NCBI GenBank assembly: GCA_013239625.1
Contig: MU053645.1
Span: 736,274-800,273 of the forward strand
Reading direction: 5' to 3'
DNA from: Lama guanicoe
Lineage: Eukaryota
DNA length: 64,000 nt
A program made the position numbers and the translations under genes. The notes beneath the pieces are model-generated. The model was not told the DNA's origin, did not search any database, and saw only the letters and a program-made list of their open reading frames with translations. Shown here one piece after another: positions 53,630-64,000 of this stretch (positions are counted from its first letter, which is position 1; the number at the start of each line of letters is the position of its first letter).

Positions 53630-53635
53630 AATAAA
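53630..53635 (+). terminator. Candidate TEX13A polyadenylation signal AATAAA
   Basis: AATAAA 21 nt after the TGA stop, followed by a G-rich tract. Confidence 0.6.
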
Positions 53636-54009
53636 TATATTCCCAGTGGGAACTCAACTTTCAGAGGGAAGGGGGAAAGGTGGGAGAGGGGGCTCGGGGG
53701 GAGGGGAAGGGTGGGAGAATGGGGCTAGGGGAGTGGGTGGGAGGTGTGGTGGGTGTAGACTGACCAAGAAAGACATGTTTTGATGACCGCCTTTGTGTTC
53801 CAGAGCACTAGCATTCGACACCCCAGAACTGCTGCAGCTTCTGTTCGTATGTGTCTCTCCCCAGCCCTGGTATCTGGTGGACCTGGGCAGCCATGTATAT
53901 AACACCCCACCTTTCCCCCAACTAGGCAGTAGATGACTGGAGCAGGAATGGCCATCTGATCCATCCTGAGCCAAACAGACTCTCATGCTCGGGTCTGAAC
54001 AGAGAGGCA

Positions 54010-54550
54010 GATTCCATAGCCAGGATGGTGTTGGGTAGTGAAGCAGTGGGTCTTTTGGAGTCTGGATCAAGGTCAGAGCCATGGACTCCGAGATCTGGCC
54101 CTGGCTGTGCAGGAGCAAAACCGTGTGCTTTACAGAGGCCAAGTGTCTTAGAGGATGACAGTATGAGCCCCAGGGAGCAGACAGGAACATAGAAGCAGAG
54201 AGGAATTGATCCTGTGACCCCAGAGATGGAGTGTGTGGTGGCAGGCTACTTTTCCACTTCCTGCAATTATGCTGAGTGCAGATCCACTTTACACAGGCCC
54301 TGTTTTCTTTAAGCTAACTTGAGTGGGTTCTTGTTCTGGGCAACCAGATTATTCCCAAGCAGGAAATGGCACCAGAAGAGCAGTTGTAAACCACAGACCA
54401 TCAAATAAAATGTCGGAACTGGCTGAAAAGGTGCATCAGGGAGTGATGGGTAGTGGGGATTCCTGCATCCCGAGTCCGCAGGAATGAAATAGACTGGAAG
54501 CTCGTTCATGTTCTGAGCAGTGATATGAGAAACCATCAAAGCAGGTCCGG
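54010..54550 (+). mobile_element. Possible highly decayed class III (ERV-L-like) retroviral gag remnant
   Basis: Translated motifs WCWVVKQW..SLDQ..LRDLA (from 54026) and VRRNEIDWK..L..QSRS (54474-54548) resemble recalled ERV-L Gag WEWILRVW..LDQ..SRDSA and VPRSEIDRK..L..TSRS, in the same order. Stops and frameshifts are present. Confidence 0.45.
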
Positions 54551-54865
54551 GGTTAACCCCGGGTTTACAACACGGCAGAAATTTGCCACCCCTAAGGGAA
54601 TCCCTCCAGGCTGCGTACAGAGGATGTCAGCACCAGCTGCAAGCGAGGACTGCTGTGGCTGCGCAGCCCCATGAGAGAATCCTCCCTAGTCCCCAGTGGG
54701 CAGAACTGGGGACAATCAGATCTGAACAGGGAACTCATGCCACTGCCAAGGAGGTGAGTCAGCAACTGACAGTGCCTGGAGGGTCTGCTGGTCTAGACCA
54801 CTGACCAAAGGATGGTGCCATCCTGAGAGTTTCTCTCCCCCAGCCCATCACCAGGATAACAGTCA

Positions 54866-54954
54866 GAGGGGAATCTGACTACAAAACTCCTAATGAATTC
54901 AGATATGAAGAACAGAACATACTCCAATGGGCCATCAGTTTCCAGAGGGAGGGG
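54866..54954 (+). repeat. Degenerate direct copy of the TEX13A 3' end / 3' UTR (53578-53675)
   Basis: GAGGGGAATCTGACTACAAAACTCCTAATGAATTCAGA..CAGAGGGAGGGG aligns by eye with GAGGGGTATCTGGCTGCAGACCCCTCAGTGAATTCAGA..CAGAGGGAAGGGG. Confidence 0.75.
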
Positions 54955-55307
54955 ACGCTAGGGGGAGGGGGAGGATGGTCTGCCTCTCCCTCCTCTGATG
55001 ACTATAAGCTGCGCTGGAGGGAGCTAAATGTATGGTTTAGCCTACAGGAGGAAGGATGGTGAGGACTCATACCTGGACCAGACTGAGACACAACCGGAGG
55101 AGCCCTGATTGACTGGGGACTGTGAACCTAGAGACAAGCTTTCGTGGCCCTCGAACATTTCTGCGGTAGCTGGATGTGACTCTGGGTTGTCTCCTGTGGG
55201 AGCTGATATGGATAATCATTATCAGAATTTGGGTGCAGATCCCTAGCTGGTTATTAAAGGCCTGCACTTGTGAGAACTGTTCTTAGGACTGTTTACATCC
55301 CTGTCGG

Positions 55308-55534
55308 GTAGGATTTCACAGCTTCAGCACTCCTGACAGTTGGGGCCAGATATCTCATTGCAGGGGGCTGTCCTGTGAATTGTAGGATGTTTGGCAGAAT
55401 CCCTGGTCTCTACTCACTAGGTACCAGTAGCATACCCCACCCCACCCCCAAGAAAACTGTGACAACCAAAAATGTCTCCACATGTTGCCCTATGTCCACT
55501 AGAGGGCAAAATCGGCCTTGGTTGGGAACCACGG
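55308..55534. mobile_element. MER20 hAT/Charlie MITE
   Basis: GGGGCTGTCCTGTGAATTGTAGGATGTTTGGCAGAATCCCTGG and GTGACAACCAAAAATGTCTCCACATGTTGCC. Confidence 0.85.
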
Positions 55535-57182
55535 AGGCAATGAGGTACTTAGGAGCAGTCAGAACCGGGGAGAGCTCCAAGTGTTCAGCAGTGCCTAGGG
55601 CTGCAGTAGAGGGGAGCCTAAGACGGGAGGTGTCTGGCGGTCACTTCTGATCTTTGAGTGGATCTAAGGATGAGGGGAAGCCTGACTGCAAGGACTGTGG
55701 CGTGAGCGGAAGTGAGGAAGTGCAGTCAGTGAGGGGGGCTCTTCTCCAAGGACCTTTGACTGTGAAAGGAAGGAGTGAGGTAGGACACAGGGTTAAGAGA
55801 GGGCCCTTTTGAATACTGAAGAAACTTGGGTCATGGGGAAGGAGACAGCAGCAGAAAGCTTAAAAACACAAGAAATATGTAAAAGAATTAAATAGAACTG
55901 GCACACTGTACTGGAGGCGTGTCCACTGTACTGTTCAATGGAAAGAATATGACGGTCAATTGTGTTTTCTCTGTAATAAAATCCCTCCCCAAATTATTCT
56001 GTAAGTGTGTGTATGTACGATATGTAGATATATAGATTTATTTTGCGTTCTATTATGGATTTATGTAAGCACAGAAATGTTCTGGAAAAAAAGTTTTTTT
56101 TCCCAGAAAAATAGAATAGGGTAGGGGCAGTAGGATAGAAAGCTTTTACTTTATATACTTAAGCGTTAAGAAAATAAAATAATCAAATGTTCACAAGTAT
56201 ACAAAAAATGAAAGGAAATAAATTTACTGGCTTGGGTAGGTTTGGAAAGGCCACCTCTTCCTTTGCGACTGGAGGAGAGGAGAGCAGACACTGATCTGTG
56301 TCCCAGAGGGTAGGAAACTAAGGGGCTCCTGCCTGGATGTCCCTTAGACAAGGCACCCAAGAGTGAGAAAGGATGGAAGGTCTAGGTAGGGGTAGAGGTT
56401 TCTGGACAATGGCATATTTAGGAATAACTTCGATGCGTGGGGAGTGGGAGAGGGGAAAGAAAAGATAATTTAATTGCACAGAGGGCCCAACTGGGCCTAA
56501 CTGAAAGAAACCAAAGGGCTCTGCAGTGGGAGGCTGAGGGGAAGCACTTGAAAAGGAAGGTGAGTAGTTCCAGGAGGGGCACCGGACACAACATTCTGTA
56601 TTACAAATTGTTTTCATAGCTTATTTTTTTCAGGAAAAGATTCAGTCAGTTTGTCTGGATTTGGACTTTATGTTTAGTAAGATTAAGAGAAGATGTTGAC
56701 ATTTTCATGATTGTATCTATTACATCCAACTTAAAGTTTATTTTCCCCTCTGTCCAAAGGAAAGGATTTAATCAACTAAAATTAATTCCACTTGTACCAC
56801 TAAATATCCTCAACAAATCCAACAGAAAGTGAGCTGACTTAGCCTTTGAACCTTGGGCTAGCATGCTTAGTGAGAGGAGCAGCTAAATAGTAAGGCAGCC
56901 TTAAAAGAATGATGTTGCTAGAAGAAAGACCCAGCTTTAATGAGCGAGCAAAGGGGGATAGAAATTTCATAGGTGCCAATGTCTTGGTCAAAGTCAGTGA
57001 TTTTTACCTTTAAAAAATGGTAGAGATCCTCCCTGGGCTTGCTATTTGAGATAATGGCAAGCGAAGTAGTGAAAAGAAATGACCAGGGACTGTGTCTCTG
57101 TTGACCACTCTCTTTCAAACGGCATGTCTACATAATGGGAAGTCAAAGTTGGCTACATCTACCTCTGAAATAATGGAAAGTA

Positions 57183-57317
57183 GGTGCGGGCGGGGGAGGG
57201 TATAGCCCAGTGATGAAGCACTTGCTTAGGATGCACAAGGTCCTGGGTTCAATCCCCAGCACCTTCATTAGAATATAAAATAAAAAAAAATAGGAAACAT
57301 AAAATGGCAAATAATTA
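57183..57317 (+). mobile_element. tRNA-derived SINE (camelid Vic-1-like) with a near-perfect 15-bp TSD
   Basis: GGGGGAGGGTATAGCCCAGTG..GGTCCTGGGTTCAATCCCCAGCACC. Flanks AAATAATGGAAAGTA (57168-57182) and AAATAATGGCAAGTA (57318-57332). Confidence 0.88.
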
Positions 57318-57760
57318 AAATAATGGCAAGTAAAAAGAAGCCATATTTTATTTAGAAACCTCAATGCTTTTTCATCTTCATGTCATGTGAGGTCAAAGTC
57401 AAAAGTTTGCCAGAGTGCTTATACAACGTTACCTAGTAGGAAACTTCCCTAAATGCCTTTAAAAAATCATAATTTTCTGTGACTTTGCACCATGCTTTAA
57501 AATACTGGTGTTCTCAGTATCAGTCTTTGACCATCACCTTATAATAATTTCCTTCTTGCTATTTATTTCTGCTTCTATTGGTAAACCTTAACATACTCAA
57601 AAAGAAAAAGGTTCATGTGACCAAATTAAAAATCCCCAGATCCTAGTGACCTGAGGGTTACAGCCAGTAAGTCAGCAACCCACATGTATGGAAAACCTGC
57701 TCTATGTGTATATGAACTGTGAGAGAGGGTAGTTAAGGGGTAAATTTTAGATGTAGTTAA

Positions 57761-57881
57761 AAAGGAAGAGATGAGAGGAGAGAGGGAGGGAGAGAAAGGG
57801 ACAAAAGGAGGAGAGGGTGAGCGAGAGCGTGCATGTGCAGAGAGAGAGCAGGCAACATAGACATAGGGGTAGAGAGAGAGA
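57761..57881. repeat. GA-rich low-complexity tract
   Basis: Interrupted (GA)n/(GGA)n purine runs. Confidence 0.7.
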
Positions 57882-60599
57882 TCTTGCCTGAGAGTAAAAG
57901 AGATGAATGTAAATATGAAATCTGGCCAAACCACTCTCCCTTACTGGGAGTCAGAGGAAGGCGTTGGGAGGGAGTAGGGTAATGGGACTGAAAAACAAAA
58001 AATGCATATGGCATCTCTCTCCCCAAATAAGGGTATGTTGCCTTAATACTGAAGAGTATGATAGGGTCTGGAAATGAGCGTGTGTAGAGTAGTGTTAACC
58101 TGGGTCTTGTTTTAATGAGATCAAGGCCCTGGAGTGGAACCACACATCACCATCCTACTTAGCTTTTCTTCACTTCATAGCCACAGACAGAACCTTCACC
58201 AGCTGTCTTGCCAAGGTGGACCACACCTCACAGTAGTGAGAGAGTGGGGATGGCACAATATGAACTCATCTCCATCCCTGAGAAAACTTGTTGGAATGCA
58301 CGCTGTGATGGAAAATGCTGAGCAGCATCTCCTTTGTTAATAATGGTAGAGTCACATAAGGGAATTTACCCCTTGTAAATACACATTTTCTCCATAGAAA
58401 CATCACCTGCTAGAAAATGAGTGTTATTACCTGACTGCATGTTAAGATGCTCATTAGGTGTGTTCTTTAGGTTATTTTCAAAGAACTGGTCATGTCTTAA
58501 AGTCTCATATTCCAAAAATATATCTGAAACCTCCATTGAGCAAGGGCTAGTTATTGTCACGTTCATACTCAGAAAAAAGGCCTTGATAAAGCCCGGTTCC
58601 AGCCACACTGACCTCTCGTTTTTCTGTGCACAGAGTCTATGTTTTTTTTTTTTTTTACTGCCTCCTTGCTTGTAAACACTGCTTCATCTGCCTGGGAAGG
58701 CCTCTACTATTGCCACCTGTTTAGATCCTCAAGAACCATCTCAAATACCATGATTCTATAAGTCAAAAGCTATTTGTCCTAACGCTCTACTATGATTCTA
58801 TCTCTGTCTTATAACACTTTTCACTTTCTCTCACATGTGATAGAATAAAAGACAATAAATTAGTGTTAGCAGTTTTCCCCTTCTCGCTGCCTTCCAAAGA
58901 TAATCCTTTTTTTTTGGCTGCGTGGGTCTCTTCAAATCCAGCAAGTTCTATGGAGAATCTTGGTGTGCCAGATCAGTTCCTGGGCTTTGACGTTGCAGAA
59001 CAGGTATAATGGGCAGAAAGAGCTGAGAAATTGCGAGGAGCAATTCTAGTCTAATTGAATTATATTAGGGGAAGCAGAGCTTCTTGGAAGAAAAAAAAAG
59101 TGATAGAAAGTGAAAAAGGACAAAACGGGAACAAACTTGCAAGCGCTTCATTCCAGGCTGTTTTTTAGTTGGGCATGAGAATAAGGAGTGATAACAGAGG
59201 TCTCTGGGCAGCTGTTTTATGTAACAAATATTGAGCATGAAAGTAATGGAAAAAGATAATTTCAAATGTTGCAGGGGTGGGGGTTACAAATTGGATCCTC
59301 CTTGATGTTTGTTGAAGGACTACAGTAAATACTTAAAAATTTAAACTATTAAAATTATGTTTAGTTGCTGGCCTGTTCCCTAGGATGCAATTCTATGCGG
59401 AGCCTCACGGGATCCTCTTTTATTTGAGTTATACTTGTTTGAGTGTAATTTGTACATATGTCCTAACTTCCCTTTAAATCTGTTAGAAGGCAGGAGCTCT
59501 GTCATTTGATTTTGCCTTTTTTTGGTACATTTTATAGAGTAGGTGCTCAATAAATATTTGTTCAGTGGAAAATAGAAACCTGAGACCTGAAATGTTATCA
59601 GCTGGAAAATATCCCTTTTATTAAAAATAAACAAAATAAAACTTTAGTTAGGAAGGAGTGGACTCCCAATTTTCTACTTTTATGAAATATTCCACCTTTA
59701 GGTGACTAGAGGGAAGCAGTTACATGCAATGAGTTCTTGAAAATCCAAACCATGCATTTATACATCTGATTATATTCATTCTAGCCCTCTGTCATATACT
59801 GACATATATGCATCTCTAATAGATTCATCGTGAATCTTACATCTTAGAGGTTTAGAAGTCAGAGTAAACAGGTAAAAAGAAAGAGCCGGTTAAGGACAAA
59901 CCTCCAACAAGATTCCTCCCTCTCTTCTCTTGGTAGAAAACAACTTTTAAGCACTTCTGTGTAATATCTGGAAACTGATATATGATCCCAAAGGGTTTCA
60001 AACTTCATATGCAAGTAGTCTGGTTTTATCCCTGGAAATCCCTGCTTTAACCTGATCCTCACTTATCTTGAATTTAGAATCTCTATTTCACTGCCTTCTG
60101 TCGTCCATCTTCAATCAATAGAATTCTGTCCTCATCTCCAGATAATACTGTACACTGTGGAAACTGAAAACAGACAGAATCGCAGAACTTTATACAGGCA
60201 GGAACTAACCATATCTCATTTGTTGTGATACACAGACACAGGTACCTACAAAGAATAGTAAAAATAGGTAATAAACGGATGGACAGTAGAGAAAATTGAT
60301 TATGTACATGAACTAAACAGACCTGGGTCCATGTCTCAGCTCCAATCTTTACTAGCCATGTATCACTGAGCAGTTCTTTAACCTTTATGAGTATCAGTTT
60401 TATCTTCTTTAATAACATGACCTACCTCATAGGGTTATTGAAGATTATCACAATGTTTACTATATAATGACGGCTAAAAAAAAATCATAGCTAGTAGCAA
60501 TAGTGGTAGTGGTAATAAAAGCAGAAATAAGGGATACTGTGTTGAGTGCTTACTCTGTGTCAGCGTAGGTGCTGAGTGCTTAACAGCACTCCCTGAGGT

Positions 60600-61500
60600 A
60601 GATGCCTGCTCCTCTCCAGGTCATCTCTTTCTCAGTTAATAGCACCATGATTCACTCAATTATTTAAGTCACTCAATTAATTATTTAAGAACATAGGAAT
60701 CACTTTATTCAGCTCTTTCTCTCATTTTTCACATCCAGTGCCTCAGTATGTCCTGGCACTCATCCTTCAATACATATCTAGAATGCATTCACTTCTTCCC
60801 ATCTCCAAGCCACCACCCCAGTCCAAGCTTACCATCACATACCTGCTCAACTCAAGCAGTTGCTTCCCAACTTGGTCTCCTTGTTTGTCTCCCTACAATC
60901 CCTTCTAACCAGGGCAGCCAGAGTCATCTTTTTAAAATGAAAATTTGATCATGTTACTCCCCAGCTTCAAACAAACAAACAAAAACAGACAAAATACAGC
61001 ACTCTCCATTTGCCTCTGATTACTAATAAAAATCAATTTCTTATCCTGGCCCACAATATGCAACAGGATCTGGCCTATGTCTGCCTCTAGAGCCTCAGTC
61101 AATACCATTTTCCCCAGCTCACTATACTCCATCTAGACTAGCCTTCTTTAGCTTCCTTGAATATAAAAGTCTGTTTCAGGACCTTTGCATGTGCTATTCA
61201 CTCTGACTGGAACACTGATCCTGCAGACCTTCCTGAGGCTGGTTCCTTCCTCTCATGCATGTCTCAGCTTATAAGTTCCTTTCTCTGGGAGGCCCTTCTT
61301 GACCACTCAACCAAAAATAGCTTTCCAGTTACTCCCAAAACGTGACCCTTTTTTCCTTCTCACCATACACATTACTCAACATAGTCTTGTGAATTTACTT
61401 GTTATTTGTCTGTTTCCTCTACTCTAGAAGGTACATTCGAGGAGAGAAGGAACTTTAATCTGTGTTGTTCAATGCTATACACCAAACACCTAAAACAAGT
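60600..61500 (+). mobile_element. L2 3' fragment
   Basis: CCCAGTCCAAGCTTACCATC, GCAGCCAGAGTCATCTTTTTAAAATG and CAGGACCTTTGCATGTGCTATTC. Confidence 0.75.
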
Positions 61501-61846
61501 GTTCAAAATACCTTAAATTGAAAAAACAAATTATCTTCATTTTCCAGGTAAGAAAAGCAACGCAACAGTTCACACAGCCGTAATGTGCAGTCACTCCCTA
61601 GGTTAATGTTGGAGTCAAAACCTAGTAGTTCAGAGTTTGCAAGCTGTGATTCTACTGGTCGAAAGTAAGTAGGGACTTTTGGGGGGGGGAAGCCCAGAAA
61701 ATGTGAAAAATTGAGAAATTTCACATAAATATTTCAAGTTCTTCTTCAAAAGATCAGAAGATCTGGCAATACTTGGGCCTGTATTCCTATATGGTAACAA
61801 TAATTTGGATCTGTCAGGCAGCTACCTTACTTTAACTGAAAAACAG

Positions 61847-63900
61847 TTCATTTATACATTCAATAATTCTTTACTTAGCATCTGCTATGTGCCATACACA
61901 GTTCTAGGCCCTTGAGATATATCAGTGAGATAAATAAATTACTACCCCTGTCCTTACAGAGCTTACATTCTAGCATGGGGAGATAGACAATTAAAAAATA
62001 TGATAAATATATAAATTATATATATTATATACAATAAAAGGTGATAATCACCATGGAAACAGAAAAATTAGAGGAAGGTAAGCAGTATTAGTACAGGAGA
62101 TGGAGACTGACTGAAAGAGAATCTTAAAGATTATGAATAAGGTAGTCAAAGAAGAGCCACTGATAAGATTAGAACAGAGGAAGTTGCACAACTGAAGGAA
62201 ATGAGGGAGTTGGCCGTGTGAATATAGGAGAGGGAAGCATTCCGGACAAACGGACCAGCCAGTGCAAAGACTCTAAGGCTGGAGTGTATCTGTCATGTTT
62301 CAGAAACAGCAAGGAAATCAGAGTGGCTGGAGCAGAGTGAGCACAGGAGAGACGAATGGAAAAGCAGTAGTGAGTCAGAGTGGTGCCAGCGACTAGGTCA
62401 CCTAGGGCCTTGTAAGTCCCTGTAAGGACTTAGTTTTTATTCCAAATGAAATGGGAAGCCATCAGAAGGTCCTGAGCAGAACACAGACCTATATGATTTA
62501 TGTTCTAAAAAGAGCACTCTGACTACTATGTTAAGAATAGCCTGAAGGGATACATGTGGGAAAGCAGAAAATCAAATTAGGAGTTTATTGTAACAGTAGA
62601 GGTAAGAGATCGGGGCTTAGAACAGCAGTGGTGTGGAAGGCACAAACTGCGCCCCCAAAGTTCAACGGGGTTAACATCCTATGGAAGAACCCTTGACCAA
62701 TGGGAGATGGGAGCTGAGAGAGAAATTATTCTCTACTTCTCCTCCTCGATCAAATATGTTCAAATATCCTTCCTTCTCCCCTGCCTCACTTCCTTTTTCA
62801 TTCACTCCTGTTTCCCTGGGATTATATTCCAAAATACACATTAGCTTTCGCCTGATGGTTTATTTTCTAGGAACCCATGATAAAATAGAAGGAAGATCAG
62901 GAGTTTGGTTTTGGATATACTGACTTTGACACAAGTAGAGATGCTGATAATCAGTAGGATAAAAAAGTCTGTGTTTGAGGAGAGAGATCTAGGCTGGAAG
63001 GTATACGTGTTGTAGTTCCCAATGTACAGATGGTATAAAAAACTGTAAGACTGTATAAACAGATCACGGAGGGAAGGAGAGTGGCTAGAGATGAATAATA
63101 CTAAGGACCAAGCCCTAAGGCCTTCTGACATTAAGAGGTGAGGAGGAATATGAGGAGTCAGCCAAGGAACTTTGGAAAGGGTAACCAGTGCAGTAGGAGG
63201 AAAACTAGGAAAGTGTGATTCTCTGGAACTCAGTTGAAGAAAGCAGGGGTGATCACCTGTGCCAAATGTGCTGACCACGTAAAAGGATGAGTGAACACTG
63301 ACCTGACTATTGGATTTAGTATTGTCGCAGTCATTGGAGACTTTGGTAAGAGCAGGTCTGGTGGAGTGGTGAAGGTAAAATTCTGACTGAAATGGATTCA
63401 ACAGAGAATTAGCAGAGAGGAGCTCAAGACTGTGAGTGCAGACAACAGCTTCTCTGAATTAATTTTCATACAAATGGAAGCAAGGAAATGGCGGCAATGG
63501 CTGGCAGGGCAAGTGGAGTTAAAGGTATAGATATTGACCCATGTGCACGCTGATGGACATGTTTCAGCAGAAATAGGAGAGAAATGGGAGAACTGCTCAG
63601 GTGATATCCTTGAATAGGCAAAATGGGATAGGATATACTGTACAAGTGAATTGATTGGCCTTACATAGGAGCAAGGCTAGTTGATCAGTGGTAACAAACT
63701 TGAAGGTAGAATATGTAGGTACAGATGCCAGCAAGGGAGTAGAAGTTCTCTCCTAATTGCCTCAATTCTTTTACAATACAGTGAGAAATAAGGGGAGGAT
63801 ATGTTGGAAGCTGAAGGAGAGGAGATACGAAATAGTCATCTAGGAGGACAGGAGACTGAATGGTCCAAGAAGACATAAGTCATGATGATAAATTTAAAGT
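61847..63900 (-). mobile_element. Long L2 fragment (with a probable ~250 bp insertion near 62630-62880)
   Basis: Reverse L2 3' end (TTAGCATCTGCTATGTGCCA..), GTGGCTGGAGCAGAGTGAGC and GGAGACTTTGGTAAGAGCAG..GGTGGAGTGGTG. Confidence 0.75.
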
Positions 63901-64000
63901 AAGACCAGTCAATGCTGTTATGTTTTCCTACAGTAAAAAGTTCAGCTGCAAGGATACATGTACAAGCATAGATGGAGAGTTGGGTTTAAACAGTGTTGTG

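Noticed and set aside
53578..54954. The two ~90-bp direct repeats as proviral LTRs
   Set aside because: They are short, lack TG...CA ends, TSD and PBS, and the first overlaps the TEX13A coding end.
62841..63401. 186-aa minus-strand ORF
   Set aside because: It lies within a decayed L2 element and shows no recognisable intact domain.

Overview
Eutherian genomic DNA, most likely from a camelid (three tRNA-derived SINEs match my recollection of Vic-1). By synteny it is probably the X chromosome. The window lies inside IL1RAPL2 (minus strand). Two Ig-domain coding exons are resolved: 40298-40112 (187 bp) and 28476-28323 (154 bp), probably exons 4 and 5. The second exon is missing from the ORF track. 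An apparently intact TEX13A gene is nested antisense in the upstream intron, with a probable non-coding first exon and a spliced CDS 52185-52643 + 52880-53608 (395 aa, C-terminal RanBP2-type zinc finger). Its second intron carries a C-rich minisatellite. Most of the rest is L1, L2, MIR, LTR and DNA-transposon debris. The most interesting unexplained structure is just 3' of TEX13A. About 0.55 kb there translates into decayed motifs resembling class III (ERV-L-like) retroviral Gag, in the same orientation as TEX13A, followed by a degenerate second copy of the TEX13A 3' end. The TEX13 N-terminal coiled coil also resembles the ERV-L Gag N-terminus. This raises the untested hypothesis that TEX13 is a domesticated Gag fragment. 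Repeat family names and Gag comparisons come from recall, not from searches, and old-repeat boundaries are approximate.
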